This document shows, piece by piece, positions 1 through 9,148 of a stretch of DNA of 64,000 bases. The stretch is taken from positions 124,001-188,000 of the IMG/VR virus record IMGVR_UViG_3300023174_000039, one strand, 5' to 3'. Every line of letters begins with the position of its first letter. Within the stretch, counting starts at the first letter, position 1. The position numbers were made by a program, and so were the translations under genes. Below the pieces are notes generated by a model. It was not told the DNA's origin and did not search any database. It saw only the letters and a list, made by a program, of their open reading frames with translations.

Positions 1-222
1 CACGGTGCTAGAATCAAATGGGGCAGACCGTTTGATTCAATTACACAATGGGACGAAGTGGCCACCTGGGGCATAGAGTTCTTTGGCCTGCCTGGTGATC
101 GCTATGTCACCGACATCAACATCAACGAAATGGTTTGGTGGTTCCGAGACCCACGTGATCAAACCCTGTTTACCTTGCGCAATGGATCAGCACAATGCAT
201 CCAATTACAATTCGAGACGTGA
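1..222 (+). CDS. 5'-truncated small phage protein of the paralogous F-x-F...F-x-L family
   Basis: Frame 1 is open from base 1 to TGA at 220-222. C-terminal WWFRDPRDQTLFTLRNG resembles neighbouring paralogs. Confidence 0.6.
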   Translation, partial: HGARIKWGRPFDSITQWDEVATWGIEFFGLPGDRYVTDININEMVWWFRDPRDQTLFTLRNGSAQCIQLQFET

Positions 223-410
223 GTCCGTTTGACGCAATTGGATACAAGTTTCAATTGATACAGGCAGGCTTGGTCATGGATGATGATTTTTCTTGGTCGT
301 ATGTTCCATCCACCTGGGACAACTTCACCGGCGAAACACACGGCAAATATGTGGTGTTTCAATTTCGTGAAGCTAATCTAGCAACTTTTTATCAATTAAA
401 ATGGACATGA
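195..410 (+). CDS. small hypothetical phage protein (same family)
   Basis: 71-aa ORF ending VFQFREANLATFYQLKWT; ATGA overlap with the next gene. Confidence 0.7.
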   Translation: MHPITIRDVSPFDAIGYKFQLIQAGLVMDDDFSWSYVPSTWDNFTGETHGKYVVFQFREANLATFYQLKWT

Positions 411-1219
411 AATACTTTTTACTTGCACTTGCTCTTGTGGTGTCTCCAGCCTGGAGCAAGACCAAAACAGCTAACTTGCCCACAGAGTCCGTGTTGATAT
501 TCAATGTGTCAACCAATAAATCTGAATATGAACGCAACGCCACAGAGCAACGTGCCATTGCGTCGATCACCAAGATCATGACTGCCATGGTTACCCTGGA
601 TTATGATCGTGACCTGGGCAAACAACTCATGCACCGGCCAAGTGTGAGCACAAGTTTGCCCCGGCAACTGTACACACGACAAGACTTGCTCACTGCCATG
701 TTGGTCAAAAGTGACAATGGGGCCGCAGAGACCCTGGCCCAAGACTATCCCGGGGGTGTGTCTGCTTTTGTGCAACGCATGAATCTACAGGCACGCGAAT
801 GGGGCATGAGCCGAACTGAATTTGTAGATCCACATGGCCTTAGTTCTGGCAACATCAGCACAGCACATGATGTAGCTGACATGATTACTACCTCCACCGG
901 CTACTGGTTCATTCGAGAAACCTCAATCAAGAAACAAGTGGCCATTGAAACTCAACAAAAGAAACGAGTGCGTACCATCAGTCTTGCCCATACCAGCGCA
1001 CCCATGTTGTTTGAGTTTGACAACATCATTGTGAGCAAAACTGGACTGACATCGGCAGCAGGTTGGTGCGTGGGCATGGCAGTGAATCAGCGCCAGCAAC
1101 AGTATGTTATTGTGGTGTTGGGCGCACCCAACAAGGCACATCGTTTTGAAGTGGTCAAAGACATGATGTACAACCATGTGCTGGATCAGAATATTCCCTA
1201 CTCCTTGGATTTGCAATAA
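407..1219 (+). CDS. pbpG: D-alanyl-D-alanine endo/carboxypeptidase, peptidase S11 (PBP7-like), secreted
   Basis: Signal peptide MKYFLLALALVVSPAWS; SxxK (ASITKIMTAMV), SxN (SDN) and KTG motifs. Confidence 0.88.
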   Translation: MKYFLLALALVVSPAWSKTKTANLPTESVLIFNVSTNKSEYERNATEQRAIASITKIMTAMVTLDYDRDLGKQLMHRPSVSTSLPRQLYTRQDLLTAMLVKSDNGAAETLAQDYPGGVSAFVQRMNLQAREWGMSRTEFVDPHGLSSGNISTAHDVADMITTSTGYWFIRETSIKKQVAIETQQKKRVRTISLAHTSAPMLFEFDNIIVSKTGLTSAAGWCVGMAVNQRQQQYVIVVLGAPNKAHRFEVVKDMMYNHVLDQNIPYSLDLQ

Positions 1220-1226
1220 TTACAAC

Positions 1227-1460
1227 ATGCTAGAAGAAAGAGTTATAGACTCTAGAAAACGAGAAAGTTTCCAGTACTCCCGGGAAATTTCCAAACCTTT
1301 TGGCAAATTAGATCATGTGCTGGATTGGTGCAAAACCGAACTTGTAGGCGACTGGCGTTGGCAATTGGTAGATGTGAGTTCGGATAGTCGTCCGGGACGC
1401 TACATTTTCTACTTTGATTTGGAACGAGACTTTTTTGCCTTTACTCTACAATGGTCCTAG
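1227..1460 (+). CDS. small hypothetical phage protein (same family)
   Basis: Contains DWC...GDWRW and ends YIFYFDLERDFFAFTLQWS; ATG at 1227. Confidence 0.7.
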   Translation: MLEERVIDSRKRESFQYSREISKPFGKLDHVLDWCKTELVGDWRWQLVDVSSDSRPGRYIFYFDLERDFFAFTLQWS

Positions 1461-1465
1461 CCTGG

Positions 1466-1494
1466 TTGACCAATAAATCCCCTTATGCTATACT
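1466..1494 (+). promoter_or_regulatory. sigma70-type early promoter
   Basis: TTGACC-17 nt-TATACT. Confidence 0.75.
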
Positions 1495-1520
1495 GTTCAT
1501 AACACCTTGGGAGAAACTTT

Positions 1521-1754
1521 ATGATTCAAATTGAAAACCTTACACCCTACCAGTGCGAGATGCTGGACATAATGTGGGAACTAGAAAGCCAAGAACAATA
1601 TGTTGAATGGTATGAACTGTTGGATCCAGAAGATCAACTGTTGGCCGAATCCCTGCAATGCTTGATCATCATGGAAAGTCTTGAGCCCACAATTGCAGGC
1701 ATGGACAATTACTGGTTGGCCACTAACTACCTTAAGAAATTTCAACTGCAATGA
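1521..1754 (+). CDS. hypothetical acidic protein
   Basis: 77-aa ORF with GGGAGA RBS. Confidence 0.7.
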   Translation: MIQIENLTPYQCEMLDIMWELESQEQYVEWYELLDPEDQLLAESLQCLIIMESLEPTIAGMDNYWLATNYLKKFQLQ

Positions 1755-2083
1755 ATCACAAATTTTTGGTCATGTGGTGCAACGAAGGTCTTGAGTGTGT
1801 GGTTGACCTAACCGAGGATGAAAAAAATCGTACTTGGTCTGTACTCGCGGGAAAACCTCCGGTGAGTCAATTGCCCAGCCTACACCACTTGATTCTACGT
1901 GCTAGATACAACCAACAACGCCATTATGAAATTTACACCGTGGAAGCCACAGAAGGCATCTCAGCAGATGACATCCGCGATATGTTTGAAGGTTCTCCAC
2001 AGATGTCCGCTGACACCATACGTGAACGTGGTCATTGCATACACAGTGATCGAGCCAAATCTAATCGGGTATTGATTACCTAA
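1751..2083 (+). CDS. hypothetical phage protein
   Basis: 110-aa ORF, ATGA-coupled to the upstream gene. Confidence 0.75.
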   Translation: MNHKFLVMWCNEGLECVVDLTEDEKNRTWSVLAGKPPVSQLPSLHHLILRARYNQQRHYEIYTVEATEGISADDIRDMFEGSPQMSADTIRERGHCIHSDRAKSNRVLIT

Positions 2084-2091
2084 ATTAGAGG

Positions 2092-2120
2092 TTGACAACA
2101 TAGTATATTTGCTATATAAT
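2092..2120 (+). promoter_or_regulatory. consensus sigma70 promoter
   Basis: TTGACA-17 nt-TATAAT. Confidence 0.85.
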
Positions 2121-2196
2121 ACACACAAGCTAACCAAGTATGGTACTTGGCAGCTTATAACCCGACGCATGGTGCGTCATTACTAAAGGACCTAGC

Positions 2197-3249
2197 ATGG
2201 CACAAAAACGCCTTACTCGTAAACTCACTGACGTTATTGCAGAAGTTGAAAAGCAACTCAAAGCACATTACAACGTCACACAAAAAGACCTTGATGCTTG
2301 GCGAGCCCGAGCAAAGGCTCTATCACACAAATTCCCTATCAGTAGCATGATCCAGATTGAAGATCTGTGGATCGACTACGAAGTTCAACGAGATGTGTTA
2401 CACAAGCACATTATCAACATCATGCGGAAGTGGGATCCACGTATCTGCTCACCTGGATCTGCATGCCGCTTTGGTGGAAAACCCCCAATCTATTTGTACG
2501 ACGCCCAGCACCGTACCATTGCCGCTGGCATCTTGGGATTCACTGAGATTCCTTGTGCTGTGGTAGAAACAACAGATCCAAACTTTGCCAGTTATGCGTT
2601 TGAAATGCTCAACGACACAGGTGTAAAACGCCTTACTCCCGGCGACCTTCACCGCAACGCTCTGGTGCGTTACAAGAACGGCAGTCGAGACAGCAAGGTA
2701 GTCCATGCCAGAACCATGCAAGATCAATTTGATACCGTAGGCATTGACTTGCAAGACAAAGGCAGTCGCAACAGCGATAATCTGCGTGGCGACAACGACT
2801 ACTTCTTCAGTCACTTCAAGTATGCACAAAAAGGCATCGAAGTAGATGAGAAGGGCCGAGTACTGTTTGAAGTCTTGAATTCTATCAAGACAGCATTTCC
2901 ATTGCAAGAGGAAATTGATCAAGGTGTTTACATTGGACTGTTGGAATTGCACAAGTTAAGTCGTGCAGAGACAACCGAATTGCCTGACAGCTGGATGAAT
3001 GAATTGTTAAATGTAGTCAAGAAAACCTACAAGAGTTCTAGCCTGATCCATGCCAAGGCCAAGGTACAATGGGAACACGTTAACCCTGGTGGCACCTGGA
3101 CTGCTCCTACTGCTATGAGCAACTTCATGCGCGAATTGTATATTCGCAACGGTGGCACCCAATTGAACTTGCCCTATCACGGTGAAGGTGCTAAAATGGG
3201 TATTACTGATGGCAATGTTGCCCCAGGACTTTTTCCCGAGGAAAACTAA
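2197..3249 (+). CDS. ParB/Srx-superfamily (DGQHR-like) domain protein
   Basis: IDYEVQR...IYLYDAQHRT motif; AAGGA RBS; 350 aa. Confidence 0.6.
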   Translation: MAQKRLTRKLTDVIAEVEKQLKAHYNVTQKDLDAWRARAKALSHKFPISSMIQIEDLWIDYEVQRDVLHKHIINIMRKWDPRICSPGSACRFGGKPPIYLYDAQHRTIAAGILGFTEIPCAVVETTDPNFASYAFEMLNDTGVKRLTPGDLHRNALVRYKNGSRDSKVVHARTMQDQFDTVGIDLQDKGSRNSDNLRGDNDYFFSHFKYAQKGIEVDEKGRVLFEVLNSIKTAFPLQEEIDQGVYIGLLELHKLSRAETTELPDSWMNELLNVVKKTYKSSSLIHAKAKVQWEHVNPGGTWTAPTAMSNFMRELYIRNGGTQLNLPYHGEGAKMGITDGNVAPGLFPEEN

Positions 3250-3250
3250 A

Positions 3251-3772
3251 ATGAAAAATGCATTTCATAACTATCCTGCAATCTATTTGCCACTGGCGTC
3301 AATGACCGACCCTTGGGAAATCTGTGAATTTTTACATGATAGAAATATCAGACAATACACCTATTTCTTTGCTACTAGTTTGGGCATACTAAAATATGGG
3401 CAAAGCGCCAACGATAATAGTGTGTACTGTGGTAACCGTATATACAGACAAGCAGGCAATATACTTGGTTGGCCCAAGGGCCTAATAGGCAACAGTGGGG
3501 ACGACATGACTGGTATTAGTCGGGACTATGCAGAAATGTACAGAAAAACTTTACACAGGATGGATGTGGTAGTTGGTGTAATTGATATGTCTGGACACAC
3601 TGACAAAGACTGTGAAGAATTAGAACGAAATCTTATTGACCTGCATATCCAACAGCGCGGTCATGCCCCGATTGGAAACAAGGATAATCAGACTTTGTTA
3701 AATGAACGAAGATATCACAATCAACGACAGCTAGAAAAGTTCGGTGTTTATACCTTGGATAGTCATGCTTAA
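3251..3772 (+). CDS. hypothetical protein, possibly a divergent GIY-YIG-like nuclease
   Basis: Spacing of YTYFF...LKYGQS...RIYRQ...ELERNLI...PIGN. Confidence 0.45.
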   Translation: MKNAFHNYPAIYLPLASMTDPWEICEFLHDRNIRQYTYFFATSLGILKYGQSANDNSVYCGNRIYRQAGNILGWPKGLIGNSGDDMTGISRDYAEMYRKTLHRMDVVVGVIDMSGHTDKDCEELERNLIDLHIQQRGHAPIGNKDNQTLLNERRYHNQRQLEKFGVYTLDSHA

Positions 3773-4340
3773 AGAAAGCCTAGAACAATTTACAGCACCA
3801 GTGTACGGTAAGACTAAACGTACACCGGACACATACCGCACTGTGGCCGACCACTGCACCGGACACTTGACACGCCTGGTTGCAGAGTACCGCAGTGTCA
3901 AAAATAATCAACAATTGTTGCGTGAAATCCGTAACGACATTGACTACTATCTGCGCAGGTACCACGAGTACTGTATCAAACAACGTGATGGCATGAGTGC
4001 TCACTATCACGAACAAGGTGCAGATGAAGACACAGATTTTGAGCATCTAGTTCCGGCCGCAAGAATTCGAGATCTGTTGCTGGCCGGAGTCATCACTGTG
4101 GTACAGGCATTAAATGCACCTACAGTAAAATTGAGTAGAGCCAAACATGCTCTGCTCAAAGAAGCAGGTTGGGCCAGTACCACCCCAGACATGTGGTTGC
4201 CTTTCCGTAGATACAGTCAGGTGTTTTCAGCCGTTTTTGAAACACACGATGGAACTGCCGTTGATCCCGAGACCTGGACGTTGGAACAACATTTCAACTA
4301 TTTTAAACATTTGATTATTGAAACAAAGGAAACAGTATGA
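3765..4340 (+). CDS. hypothetical protein with an EHLVP (HNH/DUF1524-like) motif
   Basis: About 191 aa; contains DFEHLVPA. Confidence 0.5.
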   Translation: MLKESLEQFTAPVYGKTKRTPDTYRTVADHCTGHLTRLVAEYRSVKNNQQLLREIRNDIDYYLRRYHEYCIKQRDGMSAHYHEQGADEDTDFEHLVPAARIRDLLLAGVITVVQALNAPTVKLSRAKHALLKEAGWASTTPDMWLPFRRYSQVFSAVFETHDGTAVDPETWTLEQHFNYFKHLIIETKETV

Positions 4341-4588
4341 GCCGTTTAGCATTACACAGTCGCCCCTTCGTGGTGTTTGATCCTGCCAACAAAGACCATC
4401 GCAAGTGGTTTGCAGAATTCAATCGAAGTGCCCGATGGGGCTCTTGCCCTGTGAGATTTGTGGTAGAGGATGATAATGGAGACTTGGTCACAATGATCCA
4501 ACGCAGACTGATTCAGTACTATGTGAGTAGAGAGTTTGCCCCTGTGGCTGTGAGATCTGTTGTAAAAAAACAACACAAATTTGGTTGA
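4337..4588 (+). CDS. hypothetical phage protein
   Basis: 83 aa; AAGGA RBS and ATGA overlap. Confidence 0.75.
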   Translation: MSRLALHSRPFVVFDPANKDHRKWFAEFNRSARWGSCPVRFVVEDDNGDLVTMIQRRLIQYYVSREFAPVAVRSVVKKQHKFG

Positions 4589-4619
4589 CCAATAAAGCCC
4601 GATTTGCTATAATCATAGT

Positions 4620-4853
4620 ATGAAATTAGATACTAATGAAACTTTGCAGTGGATCGGGGCTGTTTTTATTGTAGCAGGCCACAGTCTCAACGCCGTGGGT
4701 CCTGCGGCCTATCCTTACAATATTCTTACATTTTTTATAGGTACCGTGCTGTTTTTAGCATGGACCATCCGTGTTGCAAATAAGCCACAGATGTTTGTAA
4801 ACCTTGTGAGTGTGGCAATTGGGCTTACAGGGCTTGTAAAAGCATATGGTTGA
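4620..4853 (+). CDS. small three-TM membrane protein
   Basis: Hydrophobic 77 aa; ATG lies 6 nt after TATAAT. Confidence 0.75.
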   Translation: MKLDTNETLQWIGAVFIVAGHSLNAVGPAAYPYNILTFFIGTVLFLAWTIRVANKPQMFVNLVSVAIGLTGLVKAYG

Positions 4854-4909
4854 CCAATAAATCCCGATTTGTTATAATACTTGTATAGTAATTAAAAAGG
4901 AGCTCAGAA

Positions 4910-5197
4910 ATGACAGCAACAGAATCAATCCGCACCGCAGTTGGCAACGACATGCAACGTCAACGTCAGATCAACATGTACGGTTGCACCGAACAAGATC
5001 TTCGTGACAGTGTTGAATCTTCAATCACATTCAGAACATCTGGTCCTGCCATGATTGTGGCCAGCATGATGAGTGATGCACAAGAGATGATGGCCTACGA
5101 GCAACCAGACTTCCGCACAATCGAATCCCAGCGTCAACTGTTAAATCGTGCAAAATTTGTGCTTTTTGAGTACATCATGGACCGTGCAAACGGTTGA
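4910..5197 (+). CDS. hypothetical early protein
   Basis: Own promoter and AAGGAG RBS. Confidence 0.8.
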   Translation: MTATESIRTAVGNDMQRQRQINMYGCTEQDLRDSVESSITFRTSGPAMIVASMMSDAQEMMAYEQPDFRTIESQRQLLNRAKFVLFEYIMDRANG

Positions 5198-5253
5198 CCA
5201 GAAATTCCCAATTTGTTATAATACTTGTATAGTAATTAAAAAGGAGCTCAGAA

Positions 5254-5607
5254 ATGACAGCAATCGCAACAGTAGTGACCCCAGAAGCAGTTCAGTCAGC
5301 TTGTCAAGAAGCCAGCATCCAGGCCCAGTCTGCGGCAAGAGCATTCCATGCCAAGCATGGTGATCGTGATGCCTGCGGCTTTGCCTGGGTCAATGTTTGG
5401 GGTGTTCGCTCAAACAGCAAGATCGGCAAAGCCTTGCAAGCTCAAGGCTTCCGCAAGGACTACACCGGTTCTTTGTGCATGTGGAACCCCAGCGGCTTCC
5501 CTACACAATCAATCAGCATCCTGGAAGCAGGTGCTGAAGCCTACGCTCAGGTGTTGAAAGATCGACTGGGCTTGGACCGTGTTTATGCAGGGTCACGTTT
5601 GGATTGA
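5254..5607 (+). CDS. hypothetical early protein (CGFAWV motif)
   Basis: Own promoter and AAGGAG RBS. Confidence 0.8.
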   Translation: MTAIATVVTPEAVQSACQEASIQAQSAARAFHAKHGDRDACGFAWVNVWGVRSNSKIGKALQAQGFRKDYTGSLCMWNPSGFPTQSISILEAGAEAYAQVLKDRLGLDRVYAGSRLD

Positions 5608-5662
5608 CCAATTAATCCCAATCTGTTATAATACTTGTATAGTAATTAAAAAGGAGTTCAAA

Positions 5663-6160
5663 ATGGGTACACGTTCAAGAATTGGTGTCATGCATGGTGA
5701 CGTTTGCAAGTCAGTTTACTGCCACTGGGATGGCTATCTGGACCACAATGGTCGCATCTTGCAGGAGCACTATGACTCTGCTCGGGCCAACCACTTGGTT
5801 GCAATGGGAGACATCAGCTCATTAGGCGCAAAGATTGGTGACGCACATCCTTTCTCAAAGTTTGAGATCAGCAAGGAGTCGCCAGATTTTGACAAGCTCA
5901 TGGCAGTACACGAACAGGCACAAGCAGAAGGTTGGACCACATTTTACGGTCGAGACCGTGGTGAGCAAGGTATAGAGTTTAAGTCAGCCATGACCTTTGC
6001 AGACTTCATGGTACAGGTTGAGAACTGTGGAGCAGAGTACTACTACATCATGAAGGACGGTGTGTGGTACACAGGTTGCCCTGGCGAGGGAGATGCTCTT
6101 GTGCCCCTGGCAACTGCCCTGGCACCTGTTGCAAAGACATGGGAAACGGTTGACCTTTAA
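5663..6160 (+). CDS. hypothetical early protein (MGTRSRIG...YCHWDGY)
   Basis: Own promoter and AAGGAG RBS; ATG at 5663. Confidence 0.8.
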   Translation: MGTRSRIGVMHGDVCKSVYCHWDGYLDHNGRILQEHYDSARANHLVAMGDISSLGAKIGDAHPFSKFEISKESPDFDKLMAVHEQAQAEGWTTFYGRDRGEQGIEFKSAMTFADFMVQVENCGAEYYYIMKDGVWYTGCPGEGDALVPLATALAPVAKTWETVDL

Positions 6161-6211
6161 TTGCCCTTTTGCTATAATACTTGTATTGTAAATTAATTAG
6201 GAGCTGAAATT

Positions 6212-6706
6212 ATGTTTGGTTTTTTTAGTAAAACAGAATCTAAAAAAGTGACAGAACAACTCACTGCCGACAGCCCGTTCTATCCAATAATAGATGTTGG
6301 GCAGGCTTGTACCTATGTTACTGTGGAATATACTGGCACAAGTTTAAGTCTGAAATTAAATACCAAAACTATTCAAGAATCAAAATTTGCACTCGAAGAA
6401 ATTGATCTTCTGAAGAAGACCGCTCAATCGATTAAAAAAGAAACTACTCTTAAGATTAAAGAACTTCGATTATCACATAGCAATCGAGTTGCCAATCGCG
6501 GCACTATGGTGCCTGGCGGAGGAAAAATTGGAACAGTTTTTCGATATCTAGAGAGATCTAGTCGTGCCTCTGAGAGAGGTGAAGTATCGTCTGCTATTAA
6601 AGAAGTTGAGGATAATATTATCAAACCAATGGACCAACTTCTATTAGGACTCGACAAATATAAACTAGTCTTGAAAAAAGAAATTTTGACAGGTGTAGTT
6701 GGTTGA
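6212..6706 (+). CDS. hypothetical coiled-coil protein (AT-rich cassette)
   Basis: Own promoter and AGGAG RBS. Confidence 0.75.
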   Translation: MFGFFSKTESKKVTEQLTADSPFYPIIDVGQACTYVTVEYTGTSLSLKLNTKTIQESKFALEEIDLLKKTAQSIKKETTLKIKELRLSHSNRVANRGTMVPGGGKIGTVFRYLERSSRASERGEVSSAIKEVEDNIIKPMDQLLLGLDKYKLVLKKEILTGVVG

Positions 6707-6762
6707 CCTTTAATTGCCGATTTGCTATAATACTTGTATTGTAAATTAATTAGGAGACCGAC

Positions 6763-7527
6763 ATGCCAGGATTTGTAGACGTAAGCAACATGACATCGCG
6801 AGAGATTCAACGTATAGGACACGCCGACGATGAGACTCCACGCCAAACTTGGAAGCCAAAATCTAAACCCCAAGGTGCCAAGCACTCAATAGACAATGTC
6901 TGGGGTGCGGCATGTGCGGCTCAACGCATTAATGGTTCCTACGTAAAAGAGACTCAATACCGGTTTGATGAGAATACAAATACCACTGTGGTTGTAAAAC
7001 AACGCAATCGCGACATCATGTCAGACATTCTGGCCAACCCTGCTGTACTCACAGTAGAGGATATTGCACAAGGTCAGGAGTGCCGTAAATTCCTAGAGCA
7101 AGACATTACCTTGCGTGGACTCAAAAGCCGGCTCACAGAATTTGATACTGTGATCAGCAGAGTGATTGCCATTACAGATGAGTTTGACTCTGCAAAACAC
7201 AAATACGAACTGGCAGTGGTTGCAAGTTTACCTGCAAGCCACCAACGTAGCCTAGCTCGTCAAGATGTTGACAGCCGTGTGCGTCAGACCACAGGCGGGT
7301 ACGTAGGTACTATGGACGTCAAAGTTGAATTTGATGTAGAAGTTGTGAGTGCCAATTACAGTCATACCTACAACATTTTTTGGGTCACTGCAATCACACA
7401 AGACAACCAAGCTGTGTTTTTCAGTTACCGATCTAAACTCACAACAGGATCTTGGATTCATATCAAAGGCACCGTCAAGGCACACCGCGATGGTAAAACT
7501 CAACTCAACCGTGTGAAGGTGATCTAA
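6763..7527 (+). CDS. hypothetical protein with a C-terminal OB-fold-like domain
   Basis: Ends WIHIKGTVKAHRDGKTQLNRVK; own promoter. Confidence 0.65.
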   Translation: MPGFVDVSNMTSREIQRIGHADDETPRQTWKPKSKPQGAKHSIDNVWGAACAAQRINGSYVKETQYRFDENTNTTVVVKQRNRDIMSDILANPAVLTVEDIAQGQECRKFLEQDITLRGLKSRLTEFDTVISRVIAITDEFDSAKHKYELAVVASLPASHQRSLARQDVDSRVRQTTGGYVGTMDVKVEFDVEVVSANYSHTYNIFWVTAITQDNQAVFFSYRSKLTTGSWIHIKGTVKAHRDGKTQLNRVKVI

Positions 7528-7655
7528 TGCGTAACTTAGCAATCGGATTCGTTTTTGGTTTGGTAGTCAGCTCAGTTGGATTTTCGGGCATTGCTCGAAT
7601 GTTTGACAAGGGCGTCCAAACCATCCAAACCCAAAGCAAGGAATTGGCCCAGTGA
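7527..7655 (+). CDS. small membrane-anchored protein (42 aa)
   Basis: TAATG coupling; begins MRNLAIGFVFGLVVSSVGFSGIAR. Confidence 0.6.
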   Translation: MRNLAIGFVFGLVVSSVGFSGIARMFDKGVQTIQTQSKELAQ

Positions 7656-7691
7656 AACGGGCAAACCCAATCAAAATTATTGCAAAAAGAC

Positions 7692-7720
7692 TTGACCATA
7701 AACTGTTCTTTTGCTATAAT
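7692..7720 (+). promoter_or_regulatory. sigma70-type early promoter
   Basis: TTGACC-17 nt-TATAAT. Confidence 0.8.
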
Positions 7721-7791
7721 ATTGATATGTTGTGTAAGAAGCAACATGTATTTTAACTTTAACTTAACAGGCAACCCCGAAAGGCAACACA

Positions 7792-8151
7792 ATGTCAGAA
7801 TCTAAACTTTTTACAGTAGCAGGCACCGCAACTAACGCAGACGGTACCACAAAGGCTCGCTTTGCGAACGACTTGGTAGCACGTATCAAGATCCTCAACA
7901 AGGCAGGCTGTACAGATATCAACTTGGTAGAATTGCCAAGCCCAATGACAAAACTGCAAGCTCTGCAGTATTTGACAGACACACAAGGCTACACTGGTGA
8001 CGCCAGCTATGCCGTAGCCAATAAATTGGCCGAGAAGACCAAGGTCGCCAAGAAAGGCGAAGTCAAGGTCACTGCTAAGAGCGTCAAGGCTCCCAAATCC
8101 AAGGTAACAGCCGAGGACTTGTTGGCAGCCGCAGAGGATGCACCTCTGTAA
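7792..8151 (+). CDS. hypothetical protein with a Lys/Ala-rich tail
   Basis: 119 aa, lying between a promoter and a terminator. Confidence 0.75.
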   Translation: MSESKLFTVAGTATNADGTTKARFANDLVARIKILNKAGCTDINLVELPSPMTKLQALQYLTDTQGYTGDASYAVANKLAEKTKVAKKGEVKVTAKSVKAPKSKVTAEDLLAAAEDAPL

Positions 8152-8168
8152 CAAATTGCAACTCTAAT

Positions 8169-8196
8169 AAAGCGGCTTTTGGGCCGCTTTTCTTTT
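8169..8196 (+). terminator. Rho-independent terminator
   Basis: AAAGCGGC-loop-GCCGCTTT followed by TCTTTT. Confidence 0.75.
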
Positions 8197-8214
8197 GACC
8201 GAGATAACTACTAC

Positions 8215-8463
8215 ATGCTTGACGAAGACCAACTACAAAAACGCATCAAAGAAATCATGGTTGATATCATGATTGTGCTGTATGAGCACGGCATCAAAGA
8301 AGCGCACATGGGCGCCATGATGAGGTTGCTGGGAGTGGATGATGAGAGTGCCGCCAAACATGATGATGAGAGTGTGGTGCTGGATGAAAAATTTGGTGAG
8401 ATGATAACCAAATTAAATAAACCAGTGCCAACAACGATCCCATCAGGCACCACCTTCCATTAA
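8215..8463 (+). CDS. hypothetical phage protein
   Basis: ATG at 8215; TAATG coupling to the next gene. Confidence 0.7.
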   Translation: MLDEDQLQKRIKEIMVDIMIVLYEHGIKEAHMGAMMRLLGVDDESAAKHDDESVVLDEKFGEMITKLNKPVPTTIPSGTTFH

Positions 8464-8711
8464 TGTCCATAACCTCATACCGTGCAGTAGAACCGCTGTA
8501 CATTGTTACCATGCGAAACAACACTCAGGCCGAGACCATGCTCAAGGCCTGGGTCAAGAGCAATCGCATTGAGCATGCCAATGTGAATGGTAATCGAATG
8601 ATGTTGCACGACCAGCGTGGGTTTGAGCAGTTCAGAGTTACTTGGAAGCACGAAGTGGACCATATCACCATTTGGGATACTTGGAACCGCAGGCACATAT
8701 ATTTAGACTAA
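8463..8711 (+). CDS. hypothetical phage protein
   Basis: 82 aa. Confidence 0.7.
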   Translation: MSITSYRAVEPLYIVTMRNNTQAETMLKAWVKSNRIEHANVNGNRMMLHDQRGFEQFRVTWKHEVDHITIWDTWNRRHIYLD

Positions 8712-8739
8712 ACTGGAGTGCCAAAATACAGGCTTTTTA

Positions 8740-8768
8740 TTGACATCGCCTCTGCAGGCGTGTATAAT
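8740..8768 (+). promoter_or_regulatory. consensus sigma70 promoter
   Basis: TTGACA-17 nt-TATAAT. Confidence 0.85.
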
Positions 8769-8795
8769 TACTATTGTTATTATAAAGGAAACATC

Positions 8796-8987
8796 ATGAC
8801 ACAACATGAACAAATCGTGGCCGCATACGAATCATATATCGCGGAAAATGAAAAGTTTACAACCAAGGGTGTGAAGGCAGCGGCAGCTCGTGCTCGCAAG
8901 GCATTGCAAGAAATGAGCAAGGGCATCAAAGAGCGTCGCAAAGAAATCACAGCTGAGAAAGAAGCATTAGCTACAGCGGCAAAATGA
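8796..8987 (+). CDS. histone H1-like (Hc1 family) protein
   Basis: ENEKFTTKGVKAAAARARKALQEM...RKEI signature; AAGGA RBS. Confidence 0.75.
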   Translation: MTQHEQIVAAYESYIAENEKFTTKGVKAAAARARKALQEMSKGIKERRKEITAEKEALATAAK

Positions 8988-9148
8988 TTGTAAAAGATAG
9001 TCAACTACATCAAACTGAATGGCCCTTGGTGCTTACTCCGGAACAGCGAGAACAACTGATACAAGAAAAGGTTGCTCGATTTACTGCCTGGTATCAGCAC
9101 TTGAAATCCAATGACCGCAATGACCGCAAAGATTGTAAATGTAGTTGA
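8984..9148 (+). CDS. small hypothetical protein (54 aa)
   Basis: ATGA coupling; fills the gap between genes. Confidence 0.4.
   Translation: MIVKDSQLHQTEWPLVLTPEQREQLIQEKVARFTAWYQHLKSNDRNDRKDCKCS

Larger units (their letters stand above)
4583..6763 (+). repeat. array of six related early promoter units separating single-gene cassettes
   Basis: TTGACC-17 nt-TATAAT at 4585, 4850, 5194, 5604, 6150 and 6703. 4867-4919 is identical to 5211-5263 (53 bp). Confidence 0.9.

Noticed and set aside
4848-6763. Regularly spaced repeats as a CRISPR array or integron attC sites
   Set aside because: The spacers are whole genes, the repeats are promoters/RBS without attC-like palindromes, and no cas or integrase gene is present.
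7655-7791. GGCAAACC and GAAAGG segments suggesting a c-di-GMP riboswitch or tRNA
   Set aside because: The required paired stems and cloverleaf are absent, and a promoter explains the region.
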